A stretch of 64,000 nucleotides of DNA from a virus. This document shows positions 36,289 to 46,460 of this stretch, one piece after another (position 1 is the stretch's first letter; every line of letters begins with the position of its first letter). The translations under genes and the position numbers were made by a program. The stretch lies in IMG/VR virus record IMGVR_UViG_3300045988_154248; one strand, given 5' to 3'. The notes under the pieces were generated by a model that saw only the letters and a program-made list of their open reading frames with translations, was not told the DNA's origin and searched no databases.

Positions 36289-36487
36289 GCTCTGCTGCTA
36301 GTTCACCTTCATAGGTAAAATCAATTGGCTGATTTAGAGCAAGGCTGAAGATACCCATAATGGATTTTGCATCAACAACATATCTTCCAGATACAAGTGT
36401 TGCATCTCCTGGATATTTGCTGACAGTTACGACAAACGCTTTTACTTTATCAACGTTGTCAAGAACGATTTGTTTTTGTAGTTTCAT
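36248..36487 (-). CDS. HPr-fold small protein (paralogue 1)
   Basis: Start set at ATG 36487 after AAGGAG. The motif VVDAKSIMGIFSLAL resembles the HPr Ser46 region. No His15-type motif is seen. Confidence 0.5.
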   Translation of the reverse strand: MKLQKQIVLDNVDKVKAFVVTVSKYPGDATLVSGRYVVDAKSIMGIFSLALNQPIDFTYEGELAAELAKEVQVYESQEV

Positions 36488-36510
36488 TGTTTTGTTCTCC
36501 TTTGCATAAT

Positions 36511-36711
36511 TTATATTTTGCAACAATACCCACATGAGGTATTGGTACATTCATACCATTCTTCCCATCCAGCTCCCATGTAATCATATTTTTGGAACTG
36601 AGGAAGCATAATTGATTCGCAGCGTGGACAAGTTAATATTCTCTCATCCACTGCTGCACATTGAGCATCCCATGCCCAATTTTCTTCTCTATATTGTAGA
36701 TCGTCGTCCAT
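36511..36711 (-). CDS. small Cys-rich protein
   Basis: ATG 36711 is coupled to the dut stop (TAATATG). CPRC...CTNTSCGYCC. Confidence 0.5.
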   Translation of the reverse strand: MDDDLQYREENWAWDAQCAAVDERILTCPRCESIMLPQFQKYDYMGAGWEEWYECTNTSCGYCCKI

Positions 36712-36712
36712 A

Positions 36713-37468
36713 TTAGTTTTTACCTGTACTTCCAAAACCACCACGACTTTTTCCACTTAGCTCTTTAACAGTTTCGAAATGAATTTCTGGCTGTTTTTTC
36801 ATAATACGGAATTGGCAGATACGATCATTTTTATGAATAACTGTATCTTCCATAGCAATTACTGGATATTTCCAACAGTCCTGTGGCCCACTGTAAGAGT
36901 TATCAACGATCCCAATCGAGTTACATTGCATAATCTTAAAATTCTTATATGTACTGCTTCTAGGTGCAATGTGCGCTTCATATCCATCAGGAAGTTTCAT
37001 TCCAACGCCAAGAGAAATAAGTCTAAATTCACCTTTTTTGAGATGTACGTCTTCTGCAGCTCTTAGGTCAATCCAATCACCATTTTGAATAGGTGCGATT
37101 GGTTCTATATCTGCAAAGTATTTAATTTTAATTGTTTCTGTATCCATAGTATTTTTCTCCTCTTCTTTTGTTTTCTTTAGGATTTTTTGATTCATCATAG
37201 TTTTTATGATACGATTAATTTTTCTATCAATCTCTTTTACGATCTTGTTATTACCATATTCTCTGTTGTAATAAGGAACGTAAAGCTGATTGTGGTCTGA
37301 GTCGAACACTTGATAGAATACGTCCTGTTCCTCAAGATCAATATATAGACGAAACTCAATCGTATTTTTATATACACTCCTTCGATAACAGCCAAAGGAG
37401 AATCCATTCTTTCTGAGCTTATTATTGGAGAGATCTGCTACCAATTGATAATTGTTTAAGTCAAGCAT
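36713..37468 (-). CDS. dut: dUTPase with a 107-aa in-frame N-terminal extension; internal SD+ATG at 37147
   Basis: The C-terminal 144 aa carry dUTPase motifs (IAPRSS, GIVDNSY, GGFGSTG). GAGGAG lies 9 nt before the internal ATG 37147. Confidence 0.8.
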   Translation of the reverse strand: MLDLNNYQLVADLSNNKLRKNGFSFGCYRRSVYKNTIEFRLYIDLEEQDVFYQVFDSDHNQLYVPYYNREYGNNKIVKEIDRKINRIIKTMMNQKILKKTKEEEKNTMDTETIKIKYFADIEPIAPIQNGDWIDLRAAEDVHLKKGEFRLISLGVGMKLPDGYEAHIAPRSSTYKNFKIMQCNSIGIVDNSYSGPQDCWKYPVIAMEDTVIHKNDRICQFRIMKKQPEIHFETVKELSGKSRGGFGSTGKN

Positions 37469-38139
37469 ATAGATACCTCCTTGCTTAGATACTTGAGAAA
37501 ATCATCCCATTGTTCCTCAGAATGGATAAATTCTTTACCTTTAAGCATCTTTTTACACATCAGTTTTTTAATTGTCTCAGACTTATATTGTTTCATTTTT
37601 TGCATACGCTCAAAGATGTAATTGGATGTAGCACGGGATATGATAAGAAATTTATCTTTTGGTACATCTTTTACAACCTGTTTATACTGTTCCAGATCCG
37701 ATTCTGGGATTTCATATTTTTGTTTTGGAAGATTTCTGGTTGAGAATGGAGAAATATCTGCTCCATGTGTAGACGCTTTAAGAAGTGTTGCAATGTAAGA
37801 AATGTCTCTTGGATGAAAATGAAATTCAATTTCTTCATCATTTTCCATGATATGTTTTACTGTTCCTTCGGACAATAGTTGAGGATAAAGTTCTTCGTAT
37901 GGGATTTTATCTTCAATTTGAAGTTTATCTAACGCAATTGCTCTAAGAATGTTATGACCTCTTCCAATTGATGGAATGTATGCAACAAGGTCATTTCTGC
38001 CATAATAATAGATTTGATTACCGTATTGACACTTAATATAAATATCATCCGTATCAAGATTTCCTTTATCGTCTCGTGGAAAATCATTTGTATCATGATC
38101 CAGATTAGCCATTAGACGATATGTTCCTTTGTATTTCAT
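37456..38139 (-). CDS. hypothetical protein
   Basis: 227-aa ORF, tightly packed on the same strand, overlapping the downstream start. Confidence 0.55.
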   Translation of the reverse strand: MKYKGTYRLMANLDHDTNDFPRDDKGNLDTDDIYIKCQYGNQIYYYGRNDLVAYIPSIGRGHNILRAIALDKLQIEDKIPYEELYPQLLSEGTVKHIMENDEEIEFHFHPRDISYIATLLKASTHGADISPFSTRNLPKQKYEIPESDLEQYKQVVKDVPKDKFLIISRATSNYIFERMQKMKQYKSETIKKLMCKKMLKGKEFIHSEEQWDDFLKYLSKEVSICLT

Positions 38140-38165
38140 TAGTGGACTTGGCGTAATATCACCTC

Positions 38166-38441
38166 CTAATATTCTTCGTACAGTGTTTCGCTGCTAACTG
38201 GAATTTTATTCTTTTCAGATTGTTTAACTGCTTTAAGAGCTTCTTTTCGATCAAAGAAAATCGTCTTGCCAATATTATCATAGCTGAAAAGATATGCTAT
38301 TTTAGTACGTTTTTCCATGCCACAGAACCATCTATTTTCTTCATCAATAGTACGAATTTTAAGCTCGTATACATCGTATAAGCCTAATGTTGGCATGATT
38401 CTGGCGTAGTATAAAATGTCGTTTTTATGTAGTTGTGTCAT
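38166..38441 (-). CDS. hypothetical protein
   Basis: 91-aa ORF whose start abuts the nrdG stop. Confidence 0.55.
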   Translation of the reverse strand: MTQLHKNDILYYARIMPTLGLYDVYELKIRTIDEENRWFCGMEKRTKIAYLFSYDNIGKTIFFDRKEALKAVKQSEKNKIPVSSETLYEEY

Positions 38442-38989
38442 TAGTTATCCTCATATAAAATAATTTTATTTTGAGCAAGAGTTTTTTGTACATCAATTAC
38501 TCTTTGGTTTGATGATCCACACCAATGTAAAGAGACATCACGTAGTTCTTTTTTGTACCGACCGTCAACAATGACATCACATAAAGAGATTAGTTTTCTT
38601 GTTTGTTTCAGACGTTTATCTCTTTCTGGATTAAAATCACCAGTTATAACAGGCCAGATTAATTGTTCAAATTTGTAGCCTGTGTATAACCATATCGTTT
38701 TATTCGGATATTGTTTTTTGATTTTTTGTGTAATATCTAATACAGTTTCAATATTAGATTCAAACATTGGATCTCCACCACTCCAAGTAATGCCACTAAT
38801 ATAGTCTTTTGATATTTGATCCATAACTTCTTGTTCTGCATCATTATTAAATTCAATGCCACCGTGTGGATTCCAGGTTTGAGGATTTTGGCATTCTGAA
38901 CAATGATGGCTACATCCAGATACCCACACAACAACTCTTAATCCGTCTCCATTATTTTGGTCTGGATATGTAATATTGTGATAATTCAT
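38441..38989 (-). CDS. nrdG: anaerobic ribonucleotide reductase activating protein (radical SAM)
   Basis: CSHHCSEC CxxxCxxC cluster, GGDP motif, adjacent to nrdD. Confidence 0.85.
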   Translation of the reverse strand: MNYHNITYPDQNNGDGLRVVVWVSGCSHHCSECQNPQTWNPHGGIEFNNDAEQEVMDQISKDYISGITWSGGDPMFESNIETVLDITQKIKKQYPNKTIWLYTGYKFEQLIWPVITGDFNPERDKRLKQTRKLISLCDVIVDGRYKKELRDVSLHWCGSSNQRVIDVQKTLAQNKIILYEDN

Positions 38990-39043
38990 ATTTCTCCTAA
39001 CAGGGCTGGAAATAATACATCCAGCCCATATAATATTTAATGA

Positions 39044-41206
39044 TTACATGCTTACCCTGTCCTTGATTTCTGCATTCTTTGCTTCGTTATAGCGAGTTTG
39101 ACCGTGAACTCTTGTAAATCCTAAGTACCCGTTCATTCTGTCAATCTTTGTGATCATCTTACTACCACATTTTGGACAAATATCCATTTCTACTTGCTGA
39201 TATCCGCAATCTTCGCAATAACACATTGCAAGATTTACGCCTTCGTAGAAACCTTTATCCATTGCTCTAAGCACAAGTGTCTTAATTGCTTGTTTGTTGT
39301 ATCCAAGATTATATCTGCAATATTGAATCTTGCCGCCATTAAATAGATTCCAGAATCTTCCTTCCTTATCTTGTTTTTCAATCGGATTCATATCTTCTGA
39401 TACATGGCAATGGAAACTATTGCTTACATATTCTTTGTCGGATACGTTTTCAATAATCCCATAAATTTTACGGAATTGCTCTACCTGCAAACCACAAAGT
39501 GACTCTGCGGGCGTACCGTAAATTGCATATAAAATATGGTCTTCTTCCTTGATTCTGTTTGTGTAATCATTGATATACTGCATGACCTCTAAGGCAAATT
39601 GCCCATCTTCTCTAATAGATTTTCCATTATAAAGCCTCTGAAGTTCATTCAGTGCAGTGATACCATAACTCATTGTCATTGGAGGAAGAATAGATTTAAT
39701 TTTATCATCTGGATTTAGATGTCCACCTAAAAAACCACCTTCACAGAAAGCAACCGGATTAACACTGGCATGAAGCTCTCCAATGTAATCATAGGTTCTT
39801 TTATGTAATCCACGAACAAGTTCAAGATAGTAATCTAATACTTCATAAAAATCTTTTGACTCTCTACGAGCTTTTGCAAGAATCATTGGAAGATGCAAGG
39901 AAACAACCCCAAGATTAAATCTTCCTTTAAAAATTGGTGTATCATTTTCATCTGCTGGATGCATACCACCACGTTCATACCATGGACTAAGAAAAGCCCT
40001 ACACCCCATAGGACTAACCACTTTTTTATATTTTTTATACATTTCTGCTACATATCCATCGCCAGTTAAAGATAACCAATCCGGATACATAGTTTTTGCG
40101 CTGCAATCAATTCCTGCATTAAACACATCTGCACTCGGATATTTATCCGATCCATCACCATGCAATTCTTTGTCATATAGAAATACGATTTTAGGGAACA
40201 ATACAGGACGTTTAAATCCTTTTTTACCCTGTCCGTCCTTATGTACATTAAGAAGCGTAATTGCAGCCATTTTGCCGAATTTAGACGTAGCAAGACCAAT
40301 AGTTATCGTAACGAATGGATAATCCCCTCGACTCGAAGAAACCGAGTTCAATTTATATTCAATTCCTTGCCAACCTTGTTCAAAGTCACGATGTACTTTA
40401 TTGGTTGCATATTTATCTGCTATATCATTGAGTAAATCATTATCGAATTCTGAATCTACACAAAAAGATATGTCTTTAAATTCATCAAAATATTTTCTAT
40501 ATGATTTTTCTGCATATGGTTCAAGAATCTTATCTGCTTCTGGAACGGTAAAACCACCATATTGTTGCGCTGCTGTTGATAAAATAATATCTCCCATAAC
40601 ATCAAAAGCCGTATCCAAATAGTTTGGCTCATTATACCAAATGTTACCCATTTCAAAACCGTTTTTCATAACATCCCCTACGTTAAAAAGGCAACAATTA
40701 ATCGTATCGAGTCGAGCAGACCTATCATGGATATAAATATATCCATCTTTTGCTGCTTGTTTTTCTGCATATGTTAAAAAGAATTTTTTATATAATTCAC
40801 TATTCAGCTCGTTGAAAATCAGGCTTCGCTTCGTTGCAACAAGGGCGCTGTCTGTGTTGGCATTGCTCTTGTCTCCGATGTAGCGGATGGACTGGCTACG
40901 CTCATATACTTTATCCATCATATGTACAAAATCTTTTTTGTAATTCCGATATTCTTTATACATTTTGGCTACTTTTGGGTAGTCTTCTTCCAATACAGCT
41001 TCGACGATATTATGCATATCATAAATTTCGATGCTTGTATCATCATCGTAGTTTTCTTCGATTTCTTCCCAAACATCATTCAGGATTTTTTCATAGTCTT
41101 GATTACTTAGTTCAACCATTGCTCTTCTTGCAGCTTTATTGCAAGCATCAATGATTTTTTGCTCTTGATATTCTTCAATTGTTCCATCTTTCTTTACTAC
41201 TCTCAT
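39044..41206 (-). CDS. nrdD: anaerobic ribonucleoside-triphosphate reductase
   Basis: 720 aa with an ATP-cone-like N-terminus, a C-terminal zinc ribbon (CEDCGY...CPKCGS) and the glycyl-radical motif RMNGYLG. Confidence 0.9.
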   Translation of the reverse strand: MRVVKKDGTIEEYQEQKIIDACNKAARRAMVELSNQDYEKILNDVWEEIEENYDDDTSIEIYDMHNIVEAVLEEDYPKVAKMYKEYRNYKKDFVHMMDKVYERSQSIRYIGDKSNANTDSALVATKRSLIFNELNSELYKKFFLTYAEKQAAKDGYIYIHDRSARLDTINCCLFNVGDVMKNGFEMGNIWYNEPNYLDTAFDVMGDIILSTAAQQYGGFTVPEADKILEPYAEKSYRKYFDEFKDISFCVDSEFDNDLLNDIADKYATNKVHRDFEQGWQGIEYKLNSVSSSRGDYPFVTITIGLATSKFGKMAAITLLNVHKDGQGKKGFKRPVLFPKIVFLYDKELHGDGSDKYPSADVFNAGIDCSAKTMYPDWLSLTGDGYVAEMYKKYKKVVSPMGCRAFLSPWYERGGMHPADENDTPIFKGRFNLGVVSLHLPMILAKARRESKDFYEVLDYYLELVRGLHKRTYDYIGELHASVNPVAFCEGGFLGGHLNPDDKIKSILPPMTMSYGITALNELQRLYNGKSIREDGQFALEVMQYINDYTNRIKEEDHILYAIYGTPAESLCGLQVEQFRKIYGIIENVSDKEYVSNSFHCHVSEDMNPIEKQDKEGRFWNLFNGGKIQYCRYNLGYNKQAIKTLVLRAMDKGFYEGVNLAMCYCEDCGYQQVEMDICPKCGSKMITKIDRMNGYLGFTRVHGQTRYNEAKNAEIKDRVSM

Positions 41207-41373
41207 TTCTCCACCTCCTCATGAATTTCTTCTTTCTTCCAAGTGTAATTGCAGCAGTTATTCATTTGCTCCAATTCTTCATCAGCACTCTTGGAAATTT
41301 TACACAACGACATTACAGTTGTGCAAAACCCAATCCCAAGAACTGCTCCAAGTACCACATAAAGTACACTCAT
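41203..41373 (-). CDS. small membrane protein (56 aa)
   Basis: Manual translation: AGGAGG plus ATG 41373 gives MSVLYVVLGAVLGIGFCTTVMSL... The stop overlaps the nrdD ATG (ATGA). Below the track size cutoff. Confidence 0.45.
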   Translation of the reverse strand: MSVLYVVLGAVLGIGFCTTVMSLCKISKSADEELEQMNNCCNYTWKKEEIHEEVEK

Positions 41374-41386
41374 TATTAGTTACCTC

Positions 41387-41584
41387 CTACCTTTTGATAT
41401 ATCCTTGACCACCATCTCTGCATTTAATACAGATATGGCTACAAGGCGATTCACTGTAATTTGATTGTCTTGTTACAGCTTCAATGATATATTCTCTGTC
41501 TTGTCCTTCGATTTCTACAGTAATAAAATCATCTCCCATTTGTTTTAGTGTACGGCATAGCTCGCCGCTTGTTCCAATATACAA
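41387..41584 (-). CDS. hypothetical protein
   Basis: 65-aa ORF in the gene train. Confidence 0.5.
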   Translation of the reverse strand: MYIGTSGELCRTLKQMGDDFITVEIEGQDREYIIEAVTRQSNYSESPCSHICIKCRDGGQGYIKR

Positions 41585-41602
41585 TGTCTAATTTTCTTCC
41601 TT

Positions 41603-42166
41603 TCATAATAGTAAATGTGCAATATCCGTCCAATTCATTAACCTCTTTCCAGCCCAATCTTTATTCCAACTATAAATATCCCCAAAACAATATTTTTCTT
41701 GAGCATTACTTGTTTCTAACATATGTACCGAATCATCAATAAGAATGCCATCGCTCATATCTATATGTGATTTATCTTTGTATTTTTTCATATTTACACC
41801 AATAAATTCTGGATAGAAAAGATACTGATTAATCCACTGTTCTTTTTGTTTTAAGTTTGGAGAATAACCCATGCTAACAATTTTTACCTGATATACTTTT
41901 CCAAGTTCATCAATAATTTCATGTGCATCTGGCATAAATTCCAGTTCATAAAAGAATCGTGGTGTGTTAAAGTATGTATTAATGTATTCCTTAGATGTAC
42001 AGGTCAATTCTTTAAAATCATATGAGTTAATCTCCCACCAATTAACATGATGGAATTTCTTATAATATTCAAAGTCTTCGTTGTATAGGGACACAATCGT
42101 TTTGATCGTGTCCACTAGCGTATTATCGAAGTCAATATAGATCGTTTTAATATCTGGTCTATACAT
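41603..42166 (-). CDS. 5'(3')-deoxyribonucleotidase (HAD family)
   Basis: DxDxT motif IYIDFDNTLVD. Size and C-terminal pattern are typical of the NT5C-like phage enzymes. Confidence 0.65.
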   Translation of the reverse strand: MYRPDIKTIYIDFDNTLVDTIKTIVSLYNEDFEYYKKFHHVNWWEINSYDFKELTCTSKEYINTYFNTPRFFYELEFMPDAHEIIDELGKVYQVKIVSMGYSPNLKQKEQWINQYLFYPEFIGVNMKKYKDKSHIDMSDGILIDDSVHMLETSNAQEKYCFGDIYSWNKDWAGKRLMNWTDIAHLLL

Positions 42167-42716
42167 TGTTTTTATTCAAATCCTTTCGAATAATGTTTAT
42201 CATTTTTTCTACAGAAGTTTCCAATGACCTGTCATTGAGAATACGATAATCAATTAGATTAGATTTTTCAAAATTGCTGAACGAATCATTTTCTGCAGCA
42301 TAGTTCTGTTTCCATGAATCATAGTCACCACGTTTCTTTGCACGTTCTTCTGCAGTTGTATATGGGGTTGTAATATAGATAGATACTAGACGGACATCTA
42401 TATCTCTTGTTTTGAGTTTAAGTGTATATAATCCGACTGGATCAATGATATAGAAATTAGAATTTAAGATTTGCTCTTTTGTTGCAAAACTGCAATATCC
42501 AACTCGATCTGTATATGCCACCATGTTTGGTTTATATTTTTCAACGTCATCAGGTGAAATAAAAATATGATCTGAATTATCAACTGTTTCGCCTGGTCGT
42601 ATAGATCTGGTTGTATAAGATTTAAGAACCGTCATATTTAATTTCTTAGCAGCTTCTTTGGCAATAGAGGATTTGCCAGAAGAAGTTCTGCCAAGGATAC
42701 AATATAGTGTGTGCAA
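42159..42716 (-). CDS. P-loop nucleoside-monophosphate kinase (guanylate-kinase-like)
   Basis: Walker A GRTSSGKSS and SYTTRSIRPGE, a Gmk-type motif. Confidence 0.6.
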   Translation of the reverse strand: MHTLYCILGRTSSGKSSIAKEAAKKLNMTVLKSYTTRSIRPGETVDNSDHIFISPDDVEKYKPNMVAYTDRVGYCSFATKEQILNSNFYIIDPVGLYTLKLKTRDIDVRLVSIYITTPYTTAEERAKKRGDYDSWKQNYAAENDSFSNFEKSNLIDYRILNDRSLETSVEKMINIIRKDLNKNNV

Positions 42717-42722
42717 AAGGAA

Positions 42723-43343
42723 TCACTCCTCTCCATGTAAACTGTAGAAGTATTCGTTATATAAATCATATCTTTTCTGAATATTTAGCCAATCCATTTC
42801 TTTGTTGTTCTCTCTGAGCCATTTCTGAAAACGGGAAAAGAATCCACACTGTGTAAATTCAGGGCATCCTGCTCTATAAATACAATTTGGAACAAGAATA
42901 TTTGATTCGAGTGGATGATTTTTATGTAATTCAATCTTAAAATCTTCCGCCAATTCTTTTGCTTCATCAGTTGCTGCTCCACATAATCTTTTTCTCCAAG
43001 AATCAATAACATTTTGCATATTTGCATATCCATCAAAATTAACAGGCGCATCTTGTGGTTTTCCTGATCTTGGAATATCATCTTTTAATCTATCATCTCG
43101 TTGAGTACTAATAAATTTTTCAAACTTATGTCTGCTCCATTCTGTACTAACCCAGTATGGAATTTTTTTCCACGACCAATCAAATTCAAGTAATCTAATT
43201 GGCGAATGTTCAGACACAAGTAGTTTACTCATCCATTTTTCTGTGGCATCTTTGTCAGTAAACTCTTTGTTATCTGTAGTTCTGCAATGATTTTTCACTC
43301 GTTTCCAGTCATCATTAATCCAATTAAAAATTGTTATTCCCAT
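42723..43343 (-). CDS. ThyX-like (flavin-dependent thymidylate synthase family) protein, divergent
   Basis: SEHSPIRLLEF and SRHKFEKFISTQRDD resemble ThyX GH-S-E and RHR...S-QR motifs. Start set at ATG 43343 after GGGAGG. Confidence 0.45.
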   Translation of the reverse strand: MGITIFNWINDDWKRVKNHCRTTDNKEFTDKDATEKWMSKLLVSEHSPIRLLEFDWSWKKIPYWVSTEWSRHKFEKFISTQRDDRLKDDIPRSGKPQDAPVNFDGYANMQNVIDSWRKRLCGAATDEAKELAEDFKIELHKNHPLESNILVPNCIYRAGCPEFTQCGFFSRFQKWLRENNKEMDWLNIQKRYDLYNEYFYSLHGEE

Positions 43344-43345
43344 TT

Positions 43346-43600
43346 TTATACCTCCCATAATGTCATATCATTTTTAAAATTATCAAGAACTTTTTCATCA
43401 TCTGTTAAAATCTCCACATACGCAGGTGCGTCAATCGCAACGCTTAGTACACCCATCAGAGATTTAGCATCAAGAACAAGTCTTCCGTGAATATAATTGA
43501 TATCCCAATCTTTATATTCTCCACATTTAGCTACGAATAAACTTGCATTGTTTACTGTTTTAAGACAGATTTTAATTTTGCGATCATTCATATTTTTCAC
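43346..43600 (-). CDS. HPr-fold small protein (paralogue 2)
   Basis: VLDAKSLMGVLSVAI resembles the HPr Ser46 region. It is similar to the protein at 36248-36487. Confidence 0.5.
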   Translation of the reverse strand: MKNMNDRKIKICLKTVNNASLFVAKCGEYKDWDINYIHGRLVLDAKSLMGVLSVAIDAPAYVEILTDDEKVLDNFKNDMTLWEV

Positions 43601-43608
43601 CTTCTTTC

Positions 43609-45642
43609 TTAGCTGATGTATTCTAGGAATTCATCTTCACTCATAATTTTTACACCAAGGCTCTTTGCTTTCGTATTTTTACTTGACGTAGAATTAACAT
43701 CATTATTGATCAATGCAGTAACCTTCTTCGAAATCGATCCAGATACTTTTCCACCTAGAGATTCAATCTTCTCTTTGAGTGCATCTCGATTCTCGAAATG
43801 TTTCAAACTACCGGTAACAACAAATGTTTGTCCCGTCAAATCTTGTCCGCTACTTGTTTTGAGAGATACTTTCTTTGGCGTTTCGAATGTAAATTCTTTA
43901 CCAAGTTCCCACACGTTACTACATTCTCTATTGAAATATTCATCAAGTGAATTAATAATAGAATCTCCAATGCCAGGAATATGAGAAAAGAATTTTGCAC
44001 CTGGATGCGTCATATCTCGTACAAAACTTTCGAATTGATAATCTTCCGCCTCGGCAATAACTTTACTTGCTGTTTTGCCAACAAGAGGAATTGATAATGC
44101 ATATAAAAATCTATCCAGTGTGGTATTTCTGCTCTTTTCAATTGAATCAAATAGTTTGGAAACTGATTTCGAACCGAAACCATCAAGATTTTTCATTTGT
44201 TTTTCGTACTTGGTGAGATAATAGATGTCTTGGATAGAATTTAACCATCCTAGAGAAATGAATTTTTGAATTGTCGCTTCAGATAAACCATCAATATTCA
44301 GTGTGTTTCTACTAACTGCATGAGTTAGTTTGCCAAGTAATTTGCCCTTACATTCAGGGTTTGTACACCATAGAACTTCTGAATCGTTTTCTTTAATGAT
44401 TTTAGTTGGTTCGCCGCATACTGGACATTTATCAGGAATATGAATAAAAGATTTTTCCATATCCTTTTCAAATCCATCTGAAATGAACTCTTCTGCCCAA
44501 CGCAATTGGGGAATTATAAGATTGGCTTTAAATACGCCAATTCTTTGTCCTCTGAATGGACGAGGCATTAGTTCTCGCATGACAGAAATATTATGTAAAG
44601 AAGCTCTCTCTACAGTACTCCCTTCAGTTTCCACAGGTTCAAATACTGCAGTCGGTGTTAGAATACCCGTCTTACCCATTGTGAATTCGATATCTTTCAA
44701 TGTAGTTTCTACGGAATCGTTTTTTACTTTAAATGCGATACCATTCCTGTTGTGGTGTTCTGTACTACCAAGAGACTTACCGTATTCTACATCTTCAAAT
44801 TTAAATACAACCCCATCTTGTGGAAGGTGCTTTTCTGCAGCAAGACTAATAAAATTATCAATTTTACATTGTAGCTCTTCATTTTGATAATACTTTAAAC
44901 CTAATACTTCACACGGAACAATACTAAACCCTAGCTTCCCTGCTTCAAGTAATCTGAAATAAAAACTATCATGTGCTTCATAATCGTTATTGCTAATTGC
45001 TAGAATAGGATCAACTTCTTCTACCACTTCCCAGGCATACCAACTTAGTTTTCTGTCTTTGACGACCGATGTATCCAAACTTGAAAGTGTTCCTGCAGTA
45101 AGATTACGGCTATTTTTATATTCTCCATTTTTATTGATCTCTTCAAAGTCATCAAGCTTGATTAAAGCTTCACCATCGATAACATATTTGCCCTTTTTAT
45201 TAATACGTAGTGGAACATTCATAAACTGTTTTACATGCTGTAAAATATCATTTCCTTCTGTACCATTGCCACGAGATTCCGCCCCGATTAATTCACCATC
45301 TTGGTAAATCAATCTACAACTAATACCATCAAGTTTAATAGAAGCTACAATATCGTGTCCTGCTGCAAATTTTTTGATTTCTTCTACAGAGTGGCATTTG
45401 TCAAGACTTAACATAGGAGTCTCATGTTTTACTTTGATAAGTGATTTTAGTACTGCTCCACCAACTCTATTGACTGGGCTGTTCGGAAATACTGTATTTG
45501 CTTCTTCTTCCAATTGCTTTAATTCAAGTAACTTTGAATCAAATTCGGCGTCACTCATAAGTGTTGTTCCTGATCCATAATAAGAATCTGATGCCCTATT
45601 CAGATCATGAATCAGTTCTTTCATTCGTTTGATCTTATCCAT
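43609..45642 (-). CDS. ligA: NAD-dependent DNA ligase
   Basis: Adenylation motif SIKLDGIS, Zn finger CPVCGE...CTNPEC, HhH region and C-terminal BRCT (TFVVTGSL). Confidence 0.9.
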   Translation of the reverse strand: MDKIKRMKELIHDLNRASDSYYGSGTTLMSDAEFDSKLLELKQLEEEANTVFPNSPVNRVGGAVLKSLIKVKHETPMLSLDKCHSVEEIKKFAAGHDIVASIKLDGISCRLIYQDGELIGAESRGNGTEGNDILQHVKQFMNVPLRINKKGKYVIDGEALIKLDDFEEINKNGEYKNSRNLTAGTLSSLDTSVVKDRKLSWYAWEVVEEVDPILAISNNDYEAHDSFYFRLLEAGKLGFSIVPCEVLGLKYYQNEELQCKIDNFISLAAEKHLPQDGVVFKFEDVEYGKSLGSTEHHNRNGIAFKVKNDSVETTLKDIEFTMGKTGILTPTAVFEPVETEGSTVERASLHNISVMRELMPRPFRGQRIGVFKANLIIPQLRWAEEFISDGFEKDMEKSFIHIPDKCPVCGEPTKIIKENDSEVLWCTNPECKGKLLGKLTHAVSRNTLNIDGLSEATIQKFISLGWLNSIQDIYYLTKYEKQMKNLDGFGSKSVSKLFDSIEKSRNTTLDRFLYALSIPLVGKTASKVIAEAEDYQFESFVRDMTHPGAKFFSHIPGIGDSIINSLDEYFNRECSNVWELGKEFTFETPKKVSLKTSSGQDLTGQTFVVTGSLKHFENRDALKEKIESLGGKVSGSISKKVTALINNDVNSTSSKNTKAKSLGVKIMSEDEFLEYIS

Positions 45643-45844
45643 TTACCGATTTCTCCCCACACATTTCTTTTAAATATTCAAGCAATTCATTGTCTTCCAG
45701 ATAATAAATATCAATATGTTTACATCCATCCAGCCATTTTTTAAAACCATCCCAAAATTGACCAATTCTCCAATCTGGTCTATATGTCATGTGTAATCTT
45801 GTTACTTCATTATAAAAATTATATAATCTATTTGGATCTCTCAT
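45635..45844 (-). CDS. hypothetical protein
   Basis: 69-aa ORF overlapping the ligA start. Confidence 0.5.
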   Translation of the reverse strand: MRDPNRLYNFYNEVTRLHMTYRPDWRIGQFWDGFKKWLDGCKHIDIYYLEDNELLEYLKEMCGEKSVNG

Positions 45845-45861
45845 ATTTTCTTTCCTCTCGA

Positions 45862-46179
45862 CTATTCTGTGATTTCTACAAATGTATTTGTTTCTGGTTC
45901 ATACTTATATGGAAGACCATTTGGCGCAAAATATGGTGATGGTGTTGTTGAAGCTCGACCATATCCAATTGATCCGTTCCAAAAATACACGATTTTTGTT
46001 GTACTATCATAATATAAATATCCACCAATGTTAATTAAATTATCGGTTCCAAGAGATTTTACTGTTACAGTATCGTTCGTTTTTACATTTGCTTGTGCTG
46101 ATTCTACTCTACATCCTGAAAATGATAGTAAAATACTGACACACAAAAATATTAGTAATTTGTTTTTCATAGATTTCAC
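45862..46179 (-). CDS. putative lipoprotein
   Basis: Signal peptide with a lipobox-like LSFSGC. Confidence 0.5.
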   Translation of the reverse strand: MKSMKNKLLIFLCVSILLSFSGCRVESAQANVKTNDTVTVKSLGTDNLINIGGYLYYDSTTKIVYFWNGSIGYGRASTTPSPYFAPNGLPYKYEPETNTFVEITE

Positions 46180-46460
46180 CCATTTTCAAAACTGCTTTTT
46201 AACACACTTTTTTTAATTAATTCATAAACAATATCAAGATAATCTCTTTTATCGCTATATCTGCAATTGACATTTTTATGGATTCTTGGATCGTCCTTTA
46301 TCCAATCATTTTCCCCAAAGTATACATTACTCACAAAAAGCATCTTAGACCCTCGTGCTACACAAAGATAATAACACTCTGTATCTCTTGGCATTCCTTT
46401 ACATTTTTTAAATCCGAATTTTTCAAATTCTTTTGCTGGTACTGTCGGAATTAGCATCAT
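46176..46460 (-). CDS. hypothetical protein
   Basis: 94-aa ORF with a 4-nt overlap to the downstream gene. Confidence 0.5.
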   Translation of the reverse strand: MMLIPTVPAKEFEKFGFKKCKGMPRDTECYYLCVARGSKMLFVSNVYFGENDWIKDDPRIHKNVNCRYSDKRDYLDIVYELIKKSVLKSSFENG

